IMG/VR virus record: IMGVR_UViG_3300014208_000001
Span: 293,318-355,825 of that record
DNA: 62,508 nt
Direction: 5' to 3' (one strand)
Origin: a virus
Lineage: Duplodnaviria; Heunggongvirae; Uroviricota; Caudoviricetes
Translations under genes and position numbers: made by a program
The notes under the pieces: model-generated
Seen by the model: only the letters and a program-made list of their open reading frames with translations
What the model was told of the DNA's origin: nothing
The model's database searches: none
Shown here: positions 1 through 10,399 of the stretch, piece by piece
Layout: each line of letters opens with the position of its first letter
Position numbering within the stretch: position 1 is the first letter of the stretch

Positions 1-148
1 TATAAATCAATCGCTTTTATATTGTCGCATGATTCTATAGCATGTATTAAACTTAATGCTAATGGAATGGTCGAACATGATGTGATGAGCACTACTATAC
101 CTCTTATCGATATATCGAGAGAAATTTTATTAAAAGTGTTATGCGATT

Positions 149-952
149 TTGGAGAGACAGAATATGAAATGGATGAAAAGCACTCTTTACGATACGTTAT
201 CAATTCAAATGGTGGGTCGAAACTTAATTACATTACATTACCCATTTATAGAAGCGATACTATCAACGATCCCGTTGGGATGTAGATATGTAATTGGCGA
301 TTTTGGTAAAGACGATTTAACGCCAGTCATAAACATATTAGATAAATATATTCCAATAGAAGTAGTAAAAATCCAATGGCTATGTGATGTAGATTTACCA
401 CGATCATTAGGATATGGTGCTGTAGCTCTTGGAAAAGCCATACAAGATTTATCTCAGCATAGTCCAACATATTACGTTTTAAATCAACAAGCATGTGAAG
501 TATATTGTGACGATGCGATAGAGAGCATATATGCTCTTCAAAGCATGGTACCTATGGATTTTAAATTTAGACATTTTTACGGATCAATGAATCATGGTGG
601 GTATGGATATGGCGGATATCAAACAGCAACACGTCTGATCAACAAGGATACGAAATTTGATCAATGGGACGGGTGTTGGCCAAATGGTTATGGTGGCGGA
701 TTACCAATTGGCGGTCATATTAATAGATATGGTTATTGTCACCATAATACCATAACTCAAAAGTTACGCAATCATGCTGCACTATATTTTGATGGTGATC
801 CAGAACCCAAAATTAGAGGTACATTAGCGTTAGGAAAAACACAAACATGGTTTGAAGGACACCATGAATGTGTGCAACATTTGTTAAACATAAATAATTA
901 TGACGTCAATTACAGTTTAGAGCACGCTGTTAAATATTTAGAGAAACCATGA
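149..952 (+). CDS. hypothetical protein (Gly/Tyr-rich motifs), first gene of a GT2/PaaK-like cluster
   Basis: 267-aa ORF coupled to the next gene by an ATGA overlap; true start may be ATG 164. Confidence 0.6.
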   Translation: MERQNMKWMKSTLYDTLSIQMVGRNLITLHYPFIEAILSTIPLGCRYVIGDFGKDDLTPVINILDKYIPIEVVKIQWLCDVDLPRSLGYGAVALGKAIQDLSQHSPTYYVLNQQACEVYCDDAIESIYALQSMVPMDFKFRHFYGSMNHGGYGYGGYQTATRLINKDTKFDQWDGCWPNGYGGGLPIGGHINRYGYCHHNTITQKLRNHAALYFDGDPEPKIRGTLALGKTQTWFEGHHECVQHLLNINNYDVNYSLEHAVKYLEKP

Positions 953-1527
953 ATTTACTTTCGATAATTATCGCATCATCGAATCCAAAGTTGGCAGCAT
1001 TAACAGTATCGCAAGCATATAAACAAGCTGAAGGATTACCAATAGAGATAATATGTGTCGCTGAAGGTTTTACTGTTAAGCAATTACCAAAATTACAATG
1101 TGTTAGATATGTTGAAAAGTCACTTGAAGGATATGCTGGGGCATTTGCAAAAGACAGAGGAGTATCACTAGCTACTGGGGAATACGTGACGTTTTGGGAT
1201 GATGATAATTTTTATTATCAAAATGCGATAAGCGATATTTTAACGTCATTATTATTTAAACCAATGATATCTATATTTAAAGTGGAGCATCTAACACCAT
1301 CACAGAATTATACAATACCGAGAGAAAATCCAACTAATGGATTTACTATGGGTGATATTGATACAATGTGTTTTATAGTTAATAAATATTTAGCAAATAG
1401 AGTTTTATGGTCAGAACATAAAGGAAAGCAAACAGATTTTGCTTGGATTAGTAAAATTAATAAGTTATCACAAAACGTGAAATTTAACAATATCGTAATC
1501 GGCCAAAAAATTACGACTTATGGATAA
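949..1527 (+). CDS. glycosyltransferase family 2
   Basis: LSIII N-terminus; GVSLATGEYVTFWDDDN (DxD) motif. Confidence 0.85.
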   Translation: MNLLSIIIASSNPKLAALTVSQAYKQAEGLPIEIICVAEGFTVKQLPKLQCVRYVEKSLEGYAGAFAKDRGVSLATGEYVTFWDDDNFYYQNAISDILTSLLFKPMISIFKVEHLTPSQNYTIPRENPTNGFTMGDIDTMCFIVNKYLANRVLWSEHKGKQTDFAWISKINKLSQNVKFNNIVIGQKITTYG

Positions 1528-2686
1528 TTTCATATCGAGTACATTAAATGATGATTATATAATATTACTTAAAAAATATATGAAAATATGTAAACATTTA
1601 ATGAAACATAACCAATGTTATAATATTATATATTATATGCGCGATAGATTTCATGAATATATCGACGAAACATGCCCATTATATACGCAAGATATTATGT
1701 CAAAAGTGTCTTTATTGGATAAAGAAAAATGGTATAATAAATCATATGATAATATGACAAATCACACTAATGGTACCACAGGACCAATATTTCAATACTT
1801 AATATGGAAAGATATTTATGATTTCATAGAGCGAGAATGTCATTATAAATATATAGCGGATGAGTTTGATATACATGATAGGCCAATAGTATTTAACATG
1901 CTTAATAACACAGATTATCCATATTTAGATACAAGCATTATTGATTCTGGACATTCAGATATTATTATAAATACACATGGAATATCAAATTCATATGTAT
2001 ATACAGCTGTTAAAGGATCATATTATTATAATGACATAAATTCTCATTATAATAATATTATTGAATTTTTAAAATCTACTAAAGTCGATATAATATTATC
2101 AAGTGGTGATGTTATAAATAGTTTAGTAAATTACATGAAAAAAACTAATTATTCTGGCAAATTGTGTACATTGTTAAGTAACACATGCGAATCATATTTA
2201 GATGATGATATTAGATATATATCTAATTTTGTAACATATTTTTGTGATCATATGAGATGTTGGGATGGTGGGGCCACATTCTTTACGTGTAAGTATAATA
2301 CATATCATATTTGTGACAATTTAGCATATTCTAGATCTATTAATAATAAATTAATTACTGATGATTATTTTAGTGTATGTTCCCCATTTTTTAATTATTG
2401 GAATGGTGATTATGTCAAAATCGATGATAATATTCAATTATGTAAATGTGGTAGGTATTATAGAAATTTTGAATTTGTCAAAAGTAGACCATTCACTATC
2501 TCAAACATGAATAGTAACACAATTAAAGAAATAATTAAATCATCTGGTATACATGAAATTAAAATAGTAAAATGCGACCGTGACAAAATAACAATCACAA
2601 CAACTAAGCAACCATCTCAAGAATCAACTCAAAAAATTCAAGAATCGTTACCAAAATTTAAGGTGATATATGAAATCGTTACTTGA
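1520..2686 (+). CDS. phenylacetate-CoA ligase/CapK-like adenylating protein (divergent)
   Basis: TNGTTG P-loop-like motif; Y..GD and CKCGR motifs typical of the PaaK/CapK family. Confidence 0.6.
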   Translation: MDNFISSTLNDDYIILLKKYMKICKHLMKHNQCYNIIYYMRDRFHEYIDETCPLYTQDIMSKVSLLDKEKWYNKSYDNMTNHTNGTTGPIFQYLIWKDIYDFIERECHYKYIADEFDIHDRPIVFNMLNNTDYPYLDTSIIDSGHSDIIINTHGISNSYVYTAVKGSYYYNDINSHYNNIIEFLKSTKVDIILSSGDVINSLVNYMKKTNYSGKLCTLLSNTCESYLDDDIRYISNFVTYFCDHMRCWDGGATFFTCKYNTYHICDNLAYSRSINNKLITDDYFSVCSPFFNYWNGDYVKIDDNIQLCKCGRYYRNFEFVKSRPFTISNMNSNTIKEIIKSSGIHEIKIVKCDRDKITITTTKQPSQESTQKIQESLPKFKVIYEIVT

Positions 2687-3344
2687 TACTATTGATATCG
2701 GTTGGAGATCTTCGAATTTTACAATAAATAATAAAACAATTAAAATCACATACAAAACCGGTATGCCGCATAAACCAGCTGAACATATATGGTTATCTGA
2801 TATTGTAGCCGCCAACCATATTCAACCAATCAATGATACATTATGTTATGAATATGGTATTGGATATATTTCATCGATACTCAAAGAATCTGGGTACAAT
2901 ATTGATACTATTCAAGCACCAGATGTATTATACACTAATATTATACTAGCGCATGAATCTTTTTTGACTATCGATATATTAACAAAGTGGAATAAAAAAG
3001 GCAAAATTTATATAATTGTCGATGGCGAAGTTAGTATACCATTATTAACATTCGCCAATAGTAATGGATTACTTTATAATATTAATCAAAAAGCATCTAT
3101 TATCGGCGCATCTAATGGTAATACTTCAGAATATAAAATTTCAATAGTAGAAATGTTTAAATTAGATATATCATGTATATATAGATCACTTAACCCAATA
3201 CGATCAGAAGTCTGCGAATCATGCAATAATTCAAAAATTGAAATACAAATATATAAATGTGAGAAATATGGTGAATGTTGCACGAACGGGACTAAATTTA
3301 GATCGTGCGTAACATGTGTTGATAGGATATCAAATGAAACTTAA
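2670..3344 (+). CDS. hypothetical protein with Cys-rich C-terminus
   Basis: 224-aa ORF; CESC, CEKYGECC and CVTC motifs. Confidence 0.6.
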   Translation: MKSLLDTIDIGWRSSNFTINNKTIKITYKTGMPHKPAEHIWLSDIVAANHIQPINDTLCYEYGIGYISSILKESGYNIDTIQAPDVLYTNIILAHESFLTIDILTKWNKKGKIYIIVDGEVSIPLLTFANSNGLLYNINQKASIIGASNGNTSEYKISIVEMFKLDISCIYRSLNPIRSEVCESCNNSKIEIQIYKCEKYGECCTNGTKFRSCVTCVDRISNET

Positions 3345-3990
3345 AATAATACTTAATGAATTTATTGGGCCTAATCCAGATACATTTTATGGTCAAAGGG
3401 GCGCAATAACATTTGTATACGCTAATGATCAAGGTTTAATTTATGATAGTGGATCACGAACTCATTATGAATTAATATTTGATAATATGGAAAATTTTGG
3501 ATTGAATGGCGATTCATATACTAGTTTAGATAATGCGGTCGCTGCCGTTGAAAAATTCCGAGATACACAATTAGAAGATACTTTTTTGACAGGTAGAATT
3601 GGTGAAATTAATAATAACATATATATTGCGTTTTGGAACCGTAATATACAGTTAATACAAAATGAAATAAAAGATTGTATTGAAGAATTAATAAATATGC
3701 AGGCTATAGATAGCAGCACGATTTTATCATTTCCGACAGCCGAATTGACCACTGTTAAAAATGTATTAGAAAACAAACCAATTGTACCATTATTTCAAAA
3801 TACATCAGATGTAGATGAAATACGTAAGTTACATTTAATGCAGCCACAGTTAAAACGTGCAGCTATGAAAAGATTAGGATTGGCATCTGGTGGAGCGAAA
3901 TCAAAATGGCAAGACCAAGCTGAACAGGTGAAATTAGTATCACCTGGCCAGAAATGGTGGGCACCAACATCAGAATCTGCGATTAAATAA
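3334..3990 (+). CDS. hypothetical protein with MKLKIILNE leader (possible virion-internal protein)
   Basis: ATG 3334; leader resembles the other MKL...E proteins. Confidence 0.6.
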   Translation: MKLKIILNEFIGPNPDTFYGQRGAITFVYANDQGLIYDSGSRTHYELIFDNMENFGLNGDSYTSLDNAVAAVEKFRDTQLEDTFLTGRIGEINNNIYIAFWNRNIQLIQNEIKDCIEELINMQAIDSSTILSFPTAELTTVKNVLENKPIVPLFQNTSDVDEIRKLHLMQPQLKRAAMKRLGLASGGAKSKWQDQAEQVKLVSPGQKWWAPTSESAIK

Positions 3991-4640
3991 TGAAAATTTT
4001 ATATGTCACGCCAATTAAATGTGAACCATATGTAGTTTGTGTAGAATTAAATAAATCAATATATTATATTATAATAGATACACCTGGCGCTGTATACTTG
4101 TCAAAAACACAATTACACATTAATGATATCAATAATTGGTTAATTAAAGAAACACAAACAAAATATAATTACCGCGATCTGCTAAATATGTCCGAAAATT
4201 TTAGATATGGTTATGATTCGGCTATAATCAACAGTCAACAATATGAATGGCTACAGGAATCATTACAAAATATCATAAACAAAATATTTAGAACGAATAT
4301 AATATCGCATTTTAAAAATACTTATAGTATAGAATTATTAGATCATGATAAATTTTTAGATATCATAGATAGACTACGCACGCATACGATAAATTCACCA
4401 ACTATAAGTAATATAATTGCTAGATTATTAAAATACGCCGAATTGCATAGTCAAGAAAGCATATCATTTATTGAAAAATTAGCACAAAAATATAATTGTA
4501 AATTAACAAATCCAAAATATGAAAATGATCTGCATGATATAATTATAAAATTGTTAGATGATGAAATACATGATATTGATACTAATCATATCAAGTGCGA
4601 TGCCGATGATTTATTAAAACGTTATATTAAAAGTGTTTAA
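3990..4640 (+). CDS. hypothetical protein
   Basis: 216-aa ORF with TAATG coupling. Confidence 0.6.
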   Translation: MKILYVTPIKCEPYVVCVELNKSIYYIIIDTPGAVYLSKTQLHINDINNWLIKETQTKYNYRDLLNMSENFRYGYDSAIINSQQYEWLQESLQNIINKIFRTNIISHFKNTYSIELLDHDKFLDIIDRLRTHTINSPTISNIIARLLKYAELHSQESISFIEKLAQKYNCKLTNPKYENDLHDIIIKLLDDEIHDIDTNHIKCDADDLLKRYIKSV

Positions 4641-4692
4641 TAGCTGTATTTTTGTCTTATGTATTTTATTGTGTTGTTCACAAAGGTTTCAT

Positions 4693-6306
4693 ATGACACC
4701 AACAGAAGAAAACGACAACAAATTATATTCGCAAGATATGTATACGGGACCAACACAGTTCACGCATCTCCATAACCACTCGGTATGGTCACCTCTGGAC
4801 GGTGTTGGCACCCCGTTACAGTATGCCAAAGAATGTGAAAAACGCGGATATACCGCAATGAGTGCTACAGAACATGGAAATGTGGCCAGCATACCAGACA
4901 TGTATGTTCACTTTAAACAACGCAATTTAAAATTTATTGCCGGTTGTGAGATATACTACTGTGACCACGAACCATTACGCCAAAGCCAATATTTATCGCG
5001 ATCAGAATTAAAAAAATTAAAAATATCTAAAAACCAAGATGACATTAAATTATATTATAAATTAACCAGAAATAGACATCTTACAGTTTTAGCCAAAAAT
5101 ATGACTGGTTATCATAATCTTTTAAAATTAACAACTCAAGCATATGAAACTGGCTTATTTGGCATGGGTAGAACACAATATCCACGTATATGGTTTGACA
5201 AATTATGCGAATATAAAGAAGGACTAATCATATTATCTGGTTGTTTAAATGGTCCAGTATCACATGCTATACGTCATAAAGAAGGTAAAGATAAAAATGG
5301 CAATATCGAATATACAATAAGTGATAGAGAAAGATTGACAGATGCTATACAATATGTCAAAAAATTCAAAAAAGAATTTGGAGAAGATTATTTTATAGAA
5401 TTACAAATGCCAGGTATCGAAGATGACCATACGGTATTTAAAATGTTATTATCATTAGCCGATGAATATAATATTAAACCAGTATTAACGAATGATGTGC
5501 ATTATTTAACTAGAGAAGAGCATGAAATACAAAAAATAATGATGGCTATAGAGCAAGGAACAACAGTAAATGATCCTAACTTGTTCCATGTTAATAGCAG
5601 CGAACAATATATGAAAACACGTGGCGAATTATGGGCCACATTCAAAAATGGAAAATACTCACAAACAACTAACGACGCAATATTCGAACAGATGTGCGAC
5701 AATACATTATTAATTTCTGATAGATGTGAAAAATTGAATATCGACTCATCACCTAAAATACCACATATATCAAATGCTGACACAGAATTAAAAGATTTAG
5801 TACATAGAAAATTAAAAGAGCTTAAACTTGATATCAACACCGAAAAATTTAATATCGATGGCAAACTGGTAACATACAAAGAACAAGCCGACATTGAATT
5901 AAATAGAATAATTGAAAAAGGATTCTCTAGTTACTTTTTGATAACTAGGGAACTAATCAAATTTGGTAGAAGTAAAGGATGGCCTTTTGGCCCTAGAGGG
6001 TGCGTTACACCAGATTCATTGATTAATACCAGTAAGTCTGAGCAAAAGAAAATTATTGATATACAAATAGGAGATAAGGTTTTAGATGGTTTTGGTGATG
6101 AGCAAATCGTAGAAAATAAATTTATTTATGATGTGTCAGAAGAATTGTTTATTATCGAATTAGATGGGTGCGAATTAGAAGTCACAGCTGATCATAAATT
6201 TTATATCATTAGAAATGAGGTGGTTTTACTTTTACCTGTATATCAAATCAAAGATACCGATGAAATCATTGGTGATCTCTTGGATCAACGAGACATCCAT
6301 GTCTAA
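4693..6306 (+). CDS. dnaE: DNA polymerase III alpha, piece 1: PHP domain plus start of palm, ending in split intein N-half (IntN1)
   Basis: FTHLHNHSVWSPLDG, TEHGN, GCEIY, HLTVLAKNMTGYHNL, SGCLNG, TNDVHY, ELNRIIEKGFSSYFLI and GPRG|C motifs; ATG 4693 follows AAAGG. Confidence 0.95.
   Translation: MTPTEENDNKLYSQDMYTGPTQFTHLHNHSVWSPLDGVGTPLQYAKECEKRGYTAMSATEHGNVASIPDMYVHFKQRNLKFIAGCEIYYCDHEPLRQSQYLSRSELKKLKISKNQDDIKLYYKLTRNRHLTVLAKNMTGYHNLLKLTTQAYETGLFGMGRTQYPRIWFDKLCEYKEGLIILSGCLNGPVSHAIRHKEGKDKNGNIEYTISDRERLTDAIQYVKKFKKEFGEDYFIELQMPGIEDDHTVFKMLLSLADEYNIKPVLTNDVHYLTREEHEIQKIMMAIEQGTTVNDPNLFHVNSSEQYMKTRGELWATFKNGKYSQTTNDAIFEQMCDNTLLISDRCEKLNIDSSPKIPHISNADTELKDLVHRKLKELKLDINTEKFNIDGKLVTYKEQADIELNRIIEKGFSSYFLITRELIKFGRSKGWPFGPRGCVTPDSLINTSKSEQKKIIDIQIGDKVLDGFGDEQIVENKFIYDVSEELFIIELDGCELEVTADHKFYIIRNEVVLLLPVYQIKDTDEIIGDLLDQRDIHV
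6001..6303 (+). other. split intein N-fragment 1 (101 aa)
   Basis: starts with Cys (CVTPDSLI), IQIGDKV, block B LEVTADHKF; acidic; followed directly by a stop. Confidence 0.92.
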
Positions 6307-7300
6307 AATAATTAAAGTAATATACAATTGTGAAAAATGTGGTATTGAATGCACTACTACGAATCATAATTTAAGATATAGAAAGAATTATAAAAATGAA
6401 TATATATGTCAAAAATGTTTGATAAAATTAGAAAAGTCAATGGATGTATTTAAAGCTATTCCGGTTGAATTTCATTATCAAATATTTGCAAATTTAATCG
6501 AATATGAAATAGCTATACAATATTTATGCAATATATCAACAAATACATGTGTTAAATTCACATGCCAAAAATGTAATGGTATTAATATTATGCGCTGGCG
6601 TGATTTAGAACGTAGAAAATATCATAAATATGACAATATTTGCTCGAAATGTTTAAACAAATTAATACAAAATAATCCTGAAAAATTAGAAGCTAATAAA
6701 AATAATGCTAAGAAATTATGGTATAGTGAAGACTATAAATCACGTTGTTTAAGAGCATTTGAATCACATAATAAGAAAATGCAATTAGATCCAAAATATG
6801 CTAATAAGCATCGTAGAAAGTCTAAATCAGTTACTGGTAAGATTTTAATTGATAATCAACTAATTATATTTGATAGTGCATTTGAATTGATATTTTTATG
6901 GAGTATTAGAGGTAAATACAATATTATTAGAAGATGTGATTTTGCTATAGCATATAATAATCATTTTTATCATCCAGATTTTTTAGTTGTTGATAATGAT
7001 AATAATCGAATAATAATAGAAGTAAAAGGATTTTATAAAAATAATATTATTGCGAAACAAAAAGCTGCGGAACAATATATTATTGAAACTAATATCGCTG
7101 ATTCGTATATTTTATATGACACAGAACGTTTATTGTCTGAAAGTATTTTACATGGAATTGGTGGTGCTTACATGTGGAAACAAATCAAGGAGATAAATCA
7201 TGAAGCAATTATCAGCTTCACAGATCCGAAACATCAACGAATTGCAGAAATTGGTATCAACAGGTTCCGTAAAGAGATTAAAAATCAAGAGTATGTCTAG
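6299..7300 (+). CDS. free-standing putative homing endonuclease (Zn-ribbon repeats plus PD-(D/E)xK nuclease)
   Basis: CEKC, CQKC, CQKC and CSKC repeats; FDSAFE...YHPDFLV...IIIEVKG catalytic motif; lies between IntN1 and IntC1. Confidence 0.8.
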   Translation: MSKIIKVIYNCEKCGIECTTTNHNLRYRKNYKNEYICQKCLIKLEKSMDVFKAIPVEFHYQIFANLIEYEIAIQYLCNISTNTCVKFTCQKCNGINIMRWRDLERRKYHKYDNICSKCLNKLIQNNPEKLEANKNNAKKLWYSEDYKSRCLRAFESHNKKMQLDPKYANKHRRKSKSVTGKILIDNQLIIFDSAFELIFLWSIRGKYNIIRRCDFAIAYNNHFYHPDFLVVDNDNNRIIIEVKGFYKNNIIAKQKAAEQYIIETNIADSYILYDTERLLSESILHGIGGAYMWKQIKEINHEAIISFTDPKHQRIAEIGINRFRKEIKNQEYV

Positions 7301-7532
7301 ACGCCATTATACTGGTAAAGTATATGATTTGCAAGTTAGTGTTACTAATACATATAAATTAAATGGTGTTTTAAGTTCAAATTCTGCTGGCGGATCATTA
7401 GTATGCTTCTTAATAGAAATCACATCAGGCGTCGATCCCATGTTATGGGATTTATCGTTTGATAGATTTTTAAGTGCTAGTCGTGGCGGATATTTATTAA
7501 ACATCAAAATGCCAGACCCGGTGATACAATGA
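7200..7532 (+). CDS. dnaE: DNA polymerase III alpha, piece 2: IntC1 (7200-7382) plus 49-aa extein
   Basis: AAGGAG RBS; KIKSMSRRHYTGKVYDLQV...NGVLSSN|SAGGSLVCFLIEITSGVDPMLWDLSFDRFLS continues the DnaE GRGSAAGSLV..GIT.VDP...L.FERFL motif. Confidence 0.92.
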   Translation: MKQLSASQIRNINELQKLVSTGSVKRLKIKSMSRRHYTGKVYDLQVSVTNTYKLNGVLSSNSAGGSLVCFLIEITSGVDPMLWDLSFDRFLSASRGGYLLNIKMPDPVIQ

Positions 7533-7888
7533 TTACAATAACTATTGATATTGTTGTAGATGGTTCTAATTTTATAGGTACCGCAAAATGTGAATATATT
7601 GATCATTATGGTAAAAAATTAACATCTATTATGCCGCATGTTTTTAAAAATATCAATGAATCATATACTGAAGATTTATGCGAATTATGTTTATTAGTTA
7701 TGGTTTTACAAAATATAATACCAGGCCATAGAAAAAATATAACAATATTTGTTCATCATCAATTAATAATTAGTATTGTTAATAAAATTATAAAACCAAC
7801 TGGAATATATAAAAATTTTGGAAACAAGTTGCTTAAAATATTAACAAATTGCGATTCTTTTATAATAAAAAGATTAGAAAAGGTTTAA
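7529..7888 (+). CDS. hypothetical protein, possibly a degenerate RNase H-like fold
   Basis: IVVDGS...EL...LQ...ITIF..HQLII pattern. Confidence 0.4.
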   Translation: MITITIDIVVDGSNFIGTAKCEYIDHYGKKLTSIMPHVFKNINESYTEDLCELCLLVMVLQNIIPGHRKNITIFVHHQLIISIVNKIIKPTGIYKNFGNKLLKILTNCDSFIIKRLEKV

Positions 7889-7890
7889 TT

Positions 7891-8667
7891 ATGGAAATTG
7901 AGCGAGTTATTCAAGACATTATGAATGAATTTTCATTCAGAAAAGCAGTTGATAAAGTACGTATCAATGGGTATGATATTAATAATAATATTAATGCATT
8001 CTATAAAACAGAAGAAATACATATGTCATCATATACTCATATTAAATATGGTTTGGCCAGACTTTGTATACAACTTACGAACACACATCTAATTGTCGCA
8101 GCACCATCGTGGTTTTCAGAATTTAATATACAAAAATTTTCATTATTAGAAAATTTTGAAGATGAATTAAGATTTAGTGTTGAAAAATACGCTACTGACA
8201 TATCTCCAAAATATGATATTTATAAAAAATATCTTCAAATAGGCACACCATACAGTGAATATTTTAAGCGTTTTCATTACATAAAGGATATGCGAGATCG
8301 TCCACGCGCGTCTGTCATGTTTAATACCAGCATTCAAACACCTAATAAATATGTTGGTATGTATGCATTCGGCCCATTTAGTCATTTTGGGCGCGAAAAT
8401 TTAGTAATGGGTTTTGATGGTGAATATGTCATCGAAATGTATACAACGCAACGTGAACCCTGCGACTTCACGAGTGGTTCAACTGAGTATCATAATAAAA
8501 TGCATCTATTAAATACAAAAGCATTAAATTATTATGCATCAACTATGAATAAAACAAAAAGAGCATATTTACAATTACAGAAAGATAAAAGAAACGCACC
8601 GCCAATATCTAAAAATCCATGTGCGGAAATATTATTGAAAAGCAAAAAAGGTAAGAAAACGAAATAA
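7891..8667 (+). CDS. hypothetical protein
   Basis: long ORF; ATG 7891 follows AAGG. Confidence 0.6.
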   Translation: MEIERVIQDIMNEFSFRKAVDKVRINGYDINNNINAFYKTEEIHMSSYTHIKYGLARLCIQLTNTHLIVAAPSWFSEFNIQKFSLLENFEDELRFSVEKYATDISPKYDIYKKYLQIGTPYSEYFKRFHYIKDMRDRPRASVMFNTSIQTPNKYVGMYAFGPFSHFGRENLVMGFDGEYVIEMYTTQREPCDFTSGSTEYHNKMHLLNTKALNYYASTMNKTKRAYLQLQKDKRNAPPISKNPCAEILLKSKKGKKTK

Positions 8668-8669
8668 TT

Positions 8670-9104
8670 TTATAAATTCTTACGCATAGTAATTTCTTTA
8701 CATTTAAAACCGTGTTTCGCGTAAAAACCGGTATTATTTTCATTACATGATAATAATACTTTATAACATGATCTTAATGACGCTTCATTTAATAGAAATG
8801 ATACCATAGATTTACCTATACCAACATTTCTATAGCCTTTTTTGACTACAACATCCTCTATGTGTCCGATTGTGCTCAAACCATGTATTAATTTCTTCTC
8901 AAATAATATTGATGCTGTACCTATTACTATTATATCTATTACTAATATAACAATTTTATCTTGATTGATAATATGTTCGTACGCTTCGCGTAGTATTTTT
9001 TCATTTGGCGTAATGTTTGCTGGTGACAAATCGTTAAGCACAGTAAGATACTCATTCATTCGTTGAAAGGAGAGATGTTCAATATGCATAACTTTCCCTT
9101 TCAT
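8670..9104 (-). CDS. GNAT acetyltransferase, glucosamine-6-phosphate N-acetyltransferase (GNA1)-like
   Basis: EKKLIHG...GHIEDVVV...YRNVGIGK...CYKVLLSC....FYAKHGF. Confidence 0.85.
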   Translation of the reverse strand: MKGKVMHIEHLSFQRMNEYLTVLNDLSPANITPNEKILREAYEHIINQDKIVILVIDIIVIGTASILFEKKLIHGLSTIGHIEDVVVKKGYRNVGIGKSMVSFLLNEASLRSCYKVLLSCNENNTGFYAKHGFKCKEITMRKNL

Positions 9105-9133
9105 AGTTATATAATATTTGATATAACAATATT

Positions 9134-9820
9134 ATGAGTATATCATCACTTAATATTAATGACCATAGGCTAATAATTAGCGATCATGCTTGCTATAGAT
9201 GGCGCGAAAGGGGAAGTTGTTATATTAATATAACAGAAGCAGTACGTAAATCACAAATATTAACAGAAGAAGAAACGAAATTTATAACTGAATTACAAAT
9301 ATCATTAGATAGATATTACTCGATATTTGATAATAGATATGTATTCGTATTAGCATATGATAACGATATACTAACAGTAGTAACAGTAATCAAATTACAA
9401 TACGAATTAATACCAGGATCATTAAAAGCAGAACAACATATATCAAATAAAATAAATATATTAGAGTCATTAAATAATGAAACTTATATAGAATATATAC
9501 GTAAGCAAGCACTTATGTATAGCGCAACTGCAGCATTTTATAAATTATTAAAAACAAATCCATCATTATTAGATCATGCTACGTTTGATATACCACCAAG
9601 AATTCATTCAGTATTACTCGATGAATCATTACGTGATTTTAAACAATTTTGTCGTAGTTATTGTGTTCCAGCATTATTAGACCCAGTAGATGATTCATTT
9701 ATACTTATGCTGAATGATTTCGGCAAAATAAATTGTAAAATGTACGTAACCCATACAATAAAATATGTCACGCCAGAATTATTTTACTCATTAAAATCAG
9801 AAAACAAAATATTAACGTAA
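9134..9820 (+). CDS. hypothetical protein (N-terminal SDHAxxRWxER motif)
   Basis: 228-aa ORF. Confidence 0.55.
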   Translation: MSISSLNINDHRLIISDHACYRWRERGSCYINITEAVRKSQILTEEETKFITELQISLDRYYSIFDNRYVFVLAYDNDILTVVTVIKLQYELIPGSLKAEQHISNKINILESLNNETYIEYIRKQALMYSATAAFYKLLKTNPSLLDHATFDIPPRIHSVLLDESLRDFKQFCRSYCVPALLDPVDDSFILMLNDFGKINCKMYVTHTIKYVTPELFYSLKSENKILT

Positions 9821-9843
9821 TTCGCCATAACAAAGAAGCAACA

Positions 9844-10194
9844 ATGGAAATTGAAACACCAAAAGAAGAAAAAAAGCCCCCAGGGTTTGATTATCAAAAT
9901 ACGGCATTTTATTTAATGCGGCCACACTCAATGTCTGTGATAGAAGCGTATAAAATAAAAAACAAAGCAGAGCATGCTGCTTTAATTAAAAAAGCGGTCG
10001 ATTTGCAATTGTATGTGTGGTATTCTAAAGCCGATGAACCCAAAATTTATATTGTAGACTTTGATAGTATACCAGAAATAGCTTATACTAATTTGACCAA
10101 ACATGATATATCTAAATTAATATGCCCAAGATGCGGAAAGTCATTAAAAAGTAAATCAGGTTACACTTTACATATGAAGCAAATCCATGGTTAA
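9844..10194 (+). CDS. protein with C-terminal C2H2 zinc finger
   Basis: CPRCGKSLKSKSGYTLHMKQIH. Confidence 0.7.
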   Translation: MEIETPKEEKKPPGFDYQNTAFYLMRPHSMSVIEAYKIKNKAEHAALIKKAVDLQLYVWYSKADEPKIYIVDFDSIPEIAYTNLTKHDISKLICPRCGKSLKSKSGYTLHMKQIHG

Positions 10195-10399
10195 GAAACA
10201 ATACGAAATCCGCAAAATATATAGGCCAAATCTCCTATGGGAGTATCAAGCTTTTAGAGTTGTAAACGATGAAGCTAAAGGCGTACCACCGCAATTAAAA
10301 ACAGAGTATGTTGAACGTATTATGGCTGAGGGGCCAAAAGACGCCGTCGATAAATATTATTTTGAACACATGAATTCTGACATGGATTTATGGGCATGA
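10187..10399 (+). CDS. hypothetical protein
   Basis: 70-aa ORF overlapping both neighbours. Confidence 0.55.
   Translation: MVKKQYEIRKIYRPNLLWEYQAFRVVNDEAKGVPPQLKTEYVERIMAEGPKDAVDKYYFEHMNSDMDLWA

Noticed and set aside
6001-7382. A single contiguous endonuclease-containing intein broken by sequencing frameshifts
   Set aside because: It would need two independent frameshifts. The nuclease has its own overlapping ATG, IntC1 has a strong AAGGAG RBS, and both frames look coding across the overlap. A read-level check is still advisable.
8612-8640. NPCAEILL resembling the ribonucleotide reductase NPCxE motif
   Set aside because: It is an isolated motif at the extreme C-terminus of a protein with no other RNR features; probably chance or a tiny relic.
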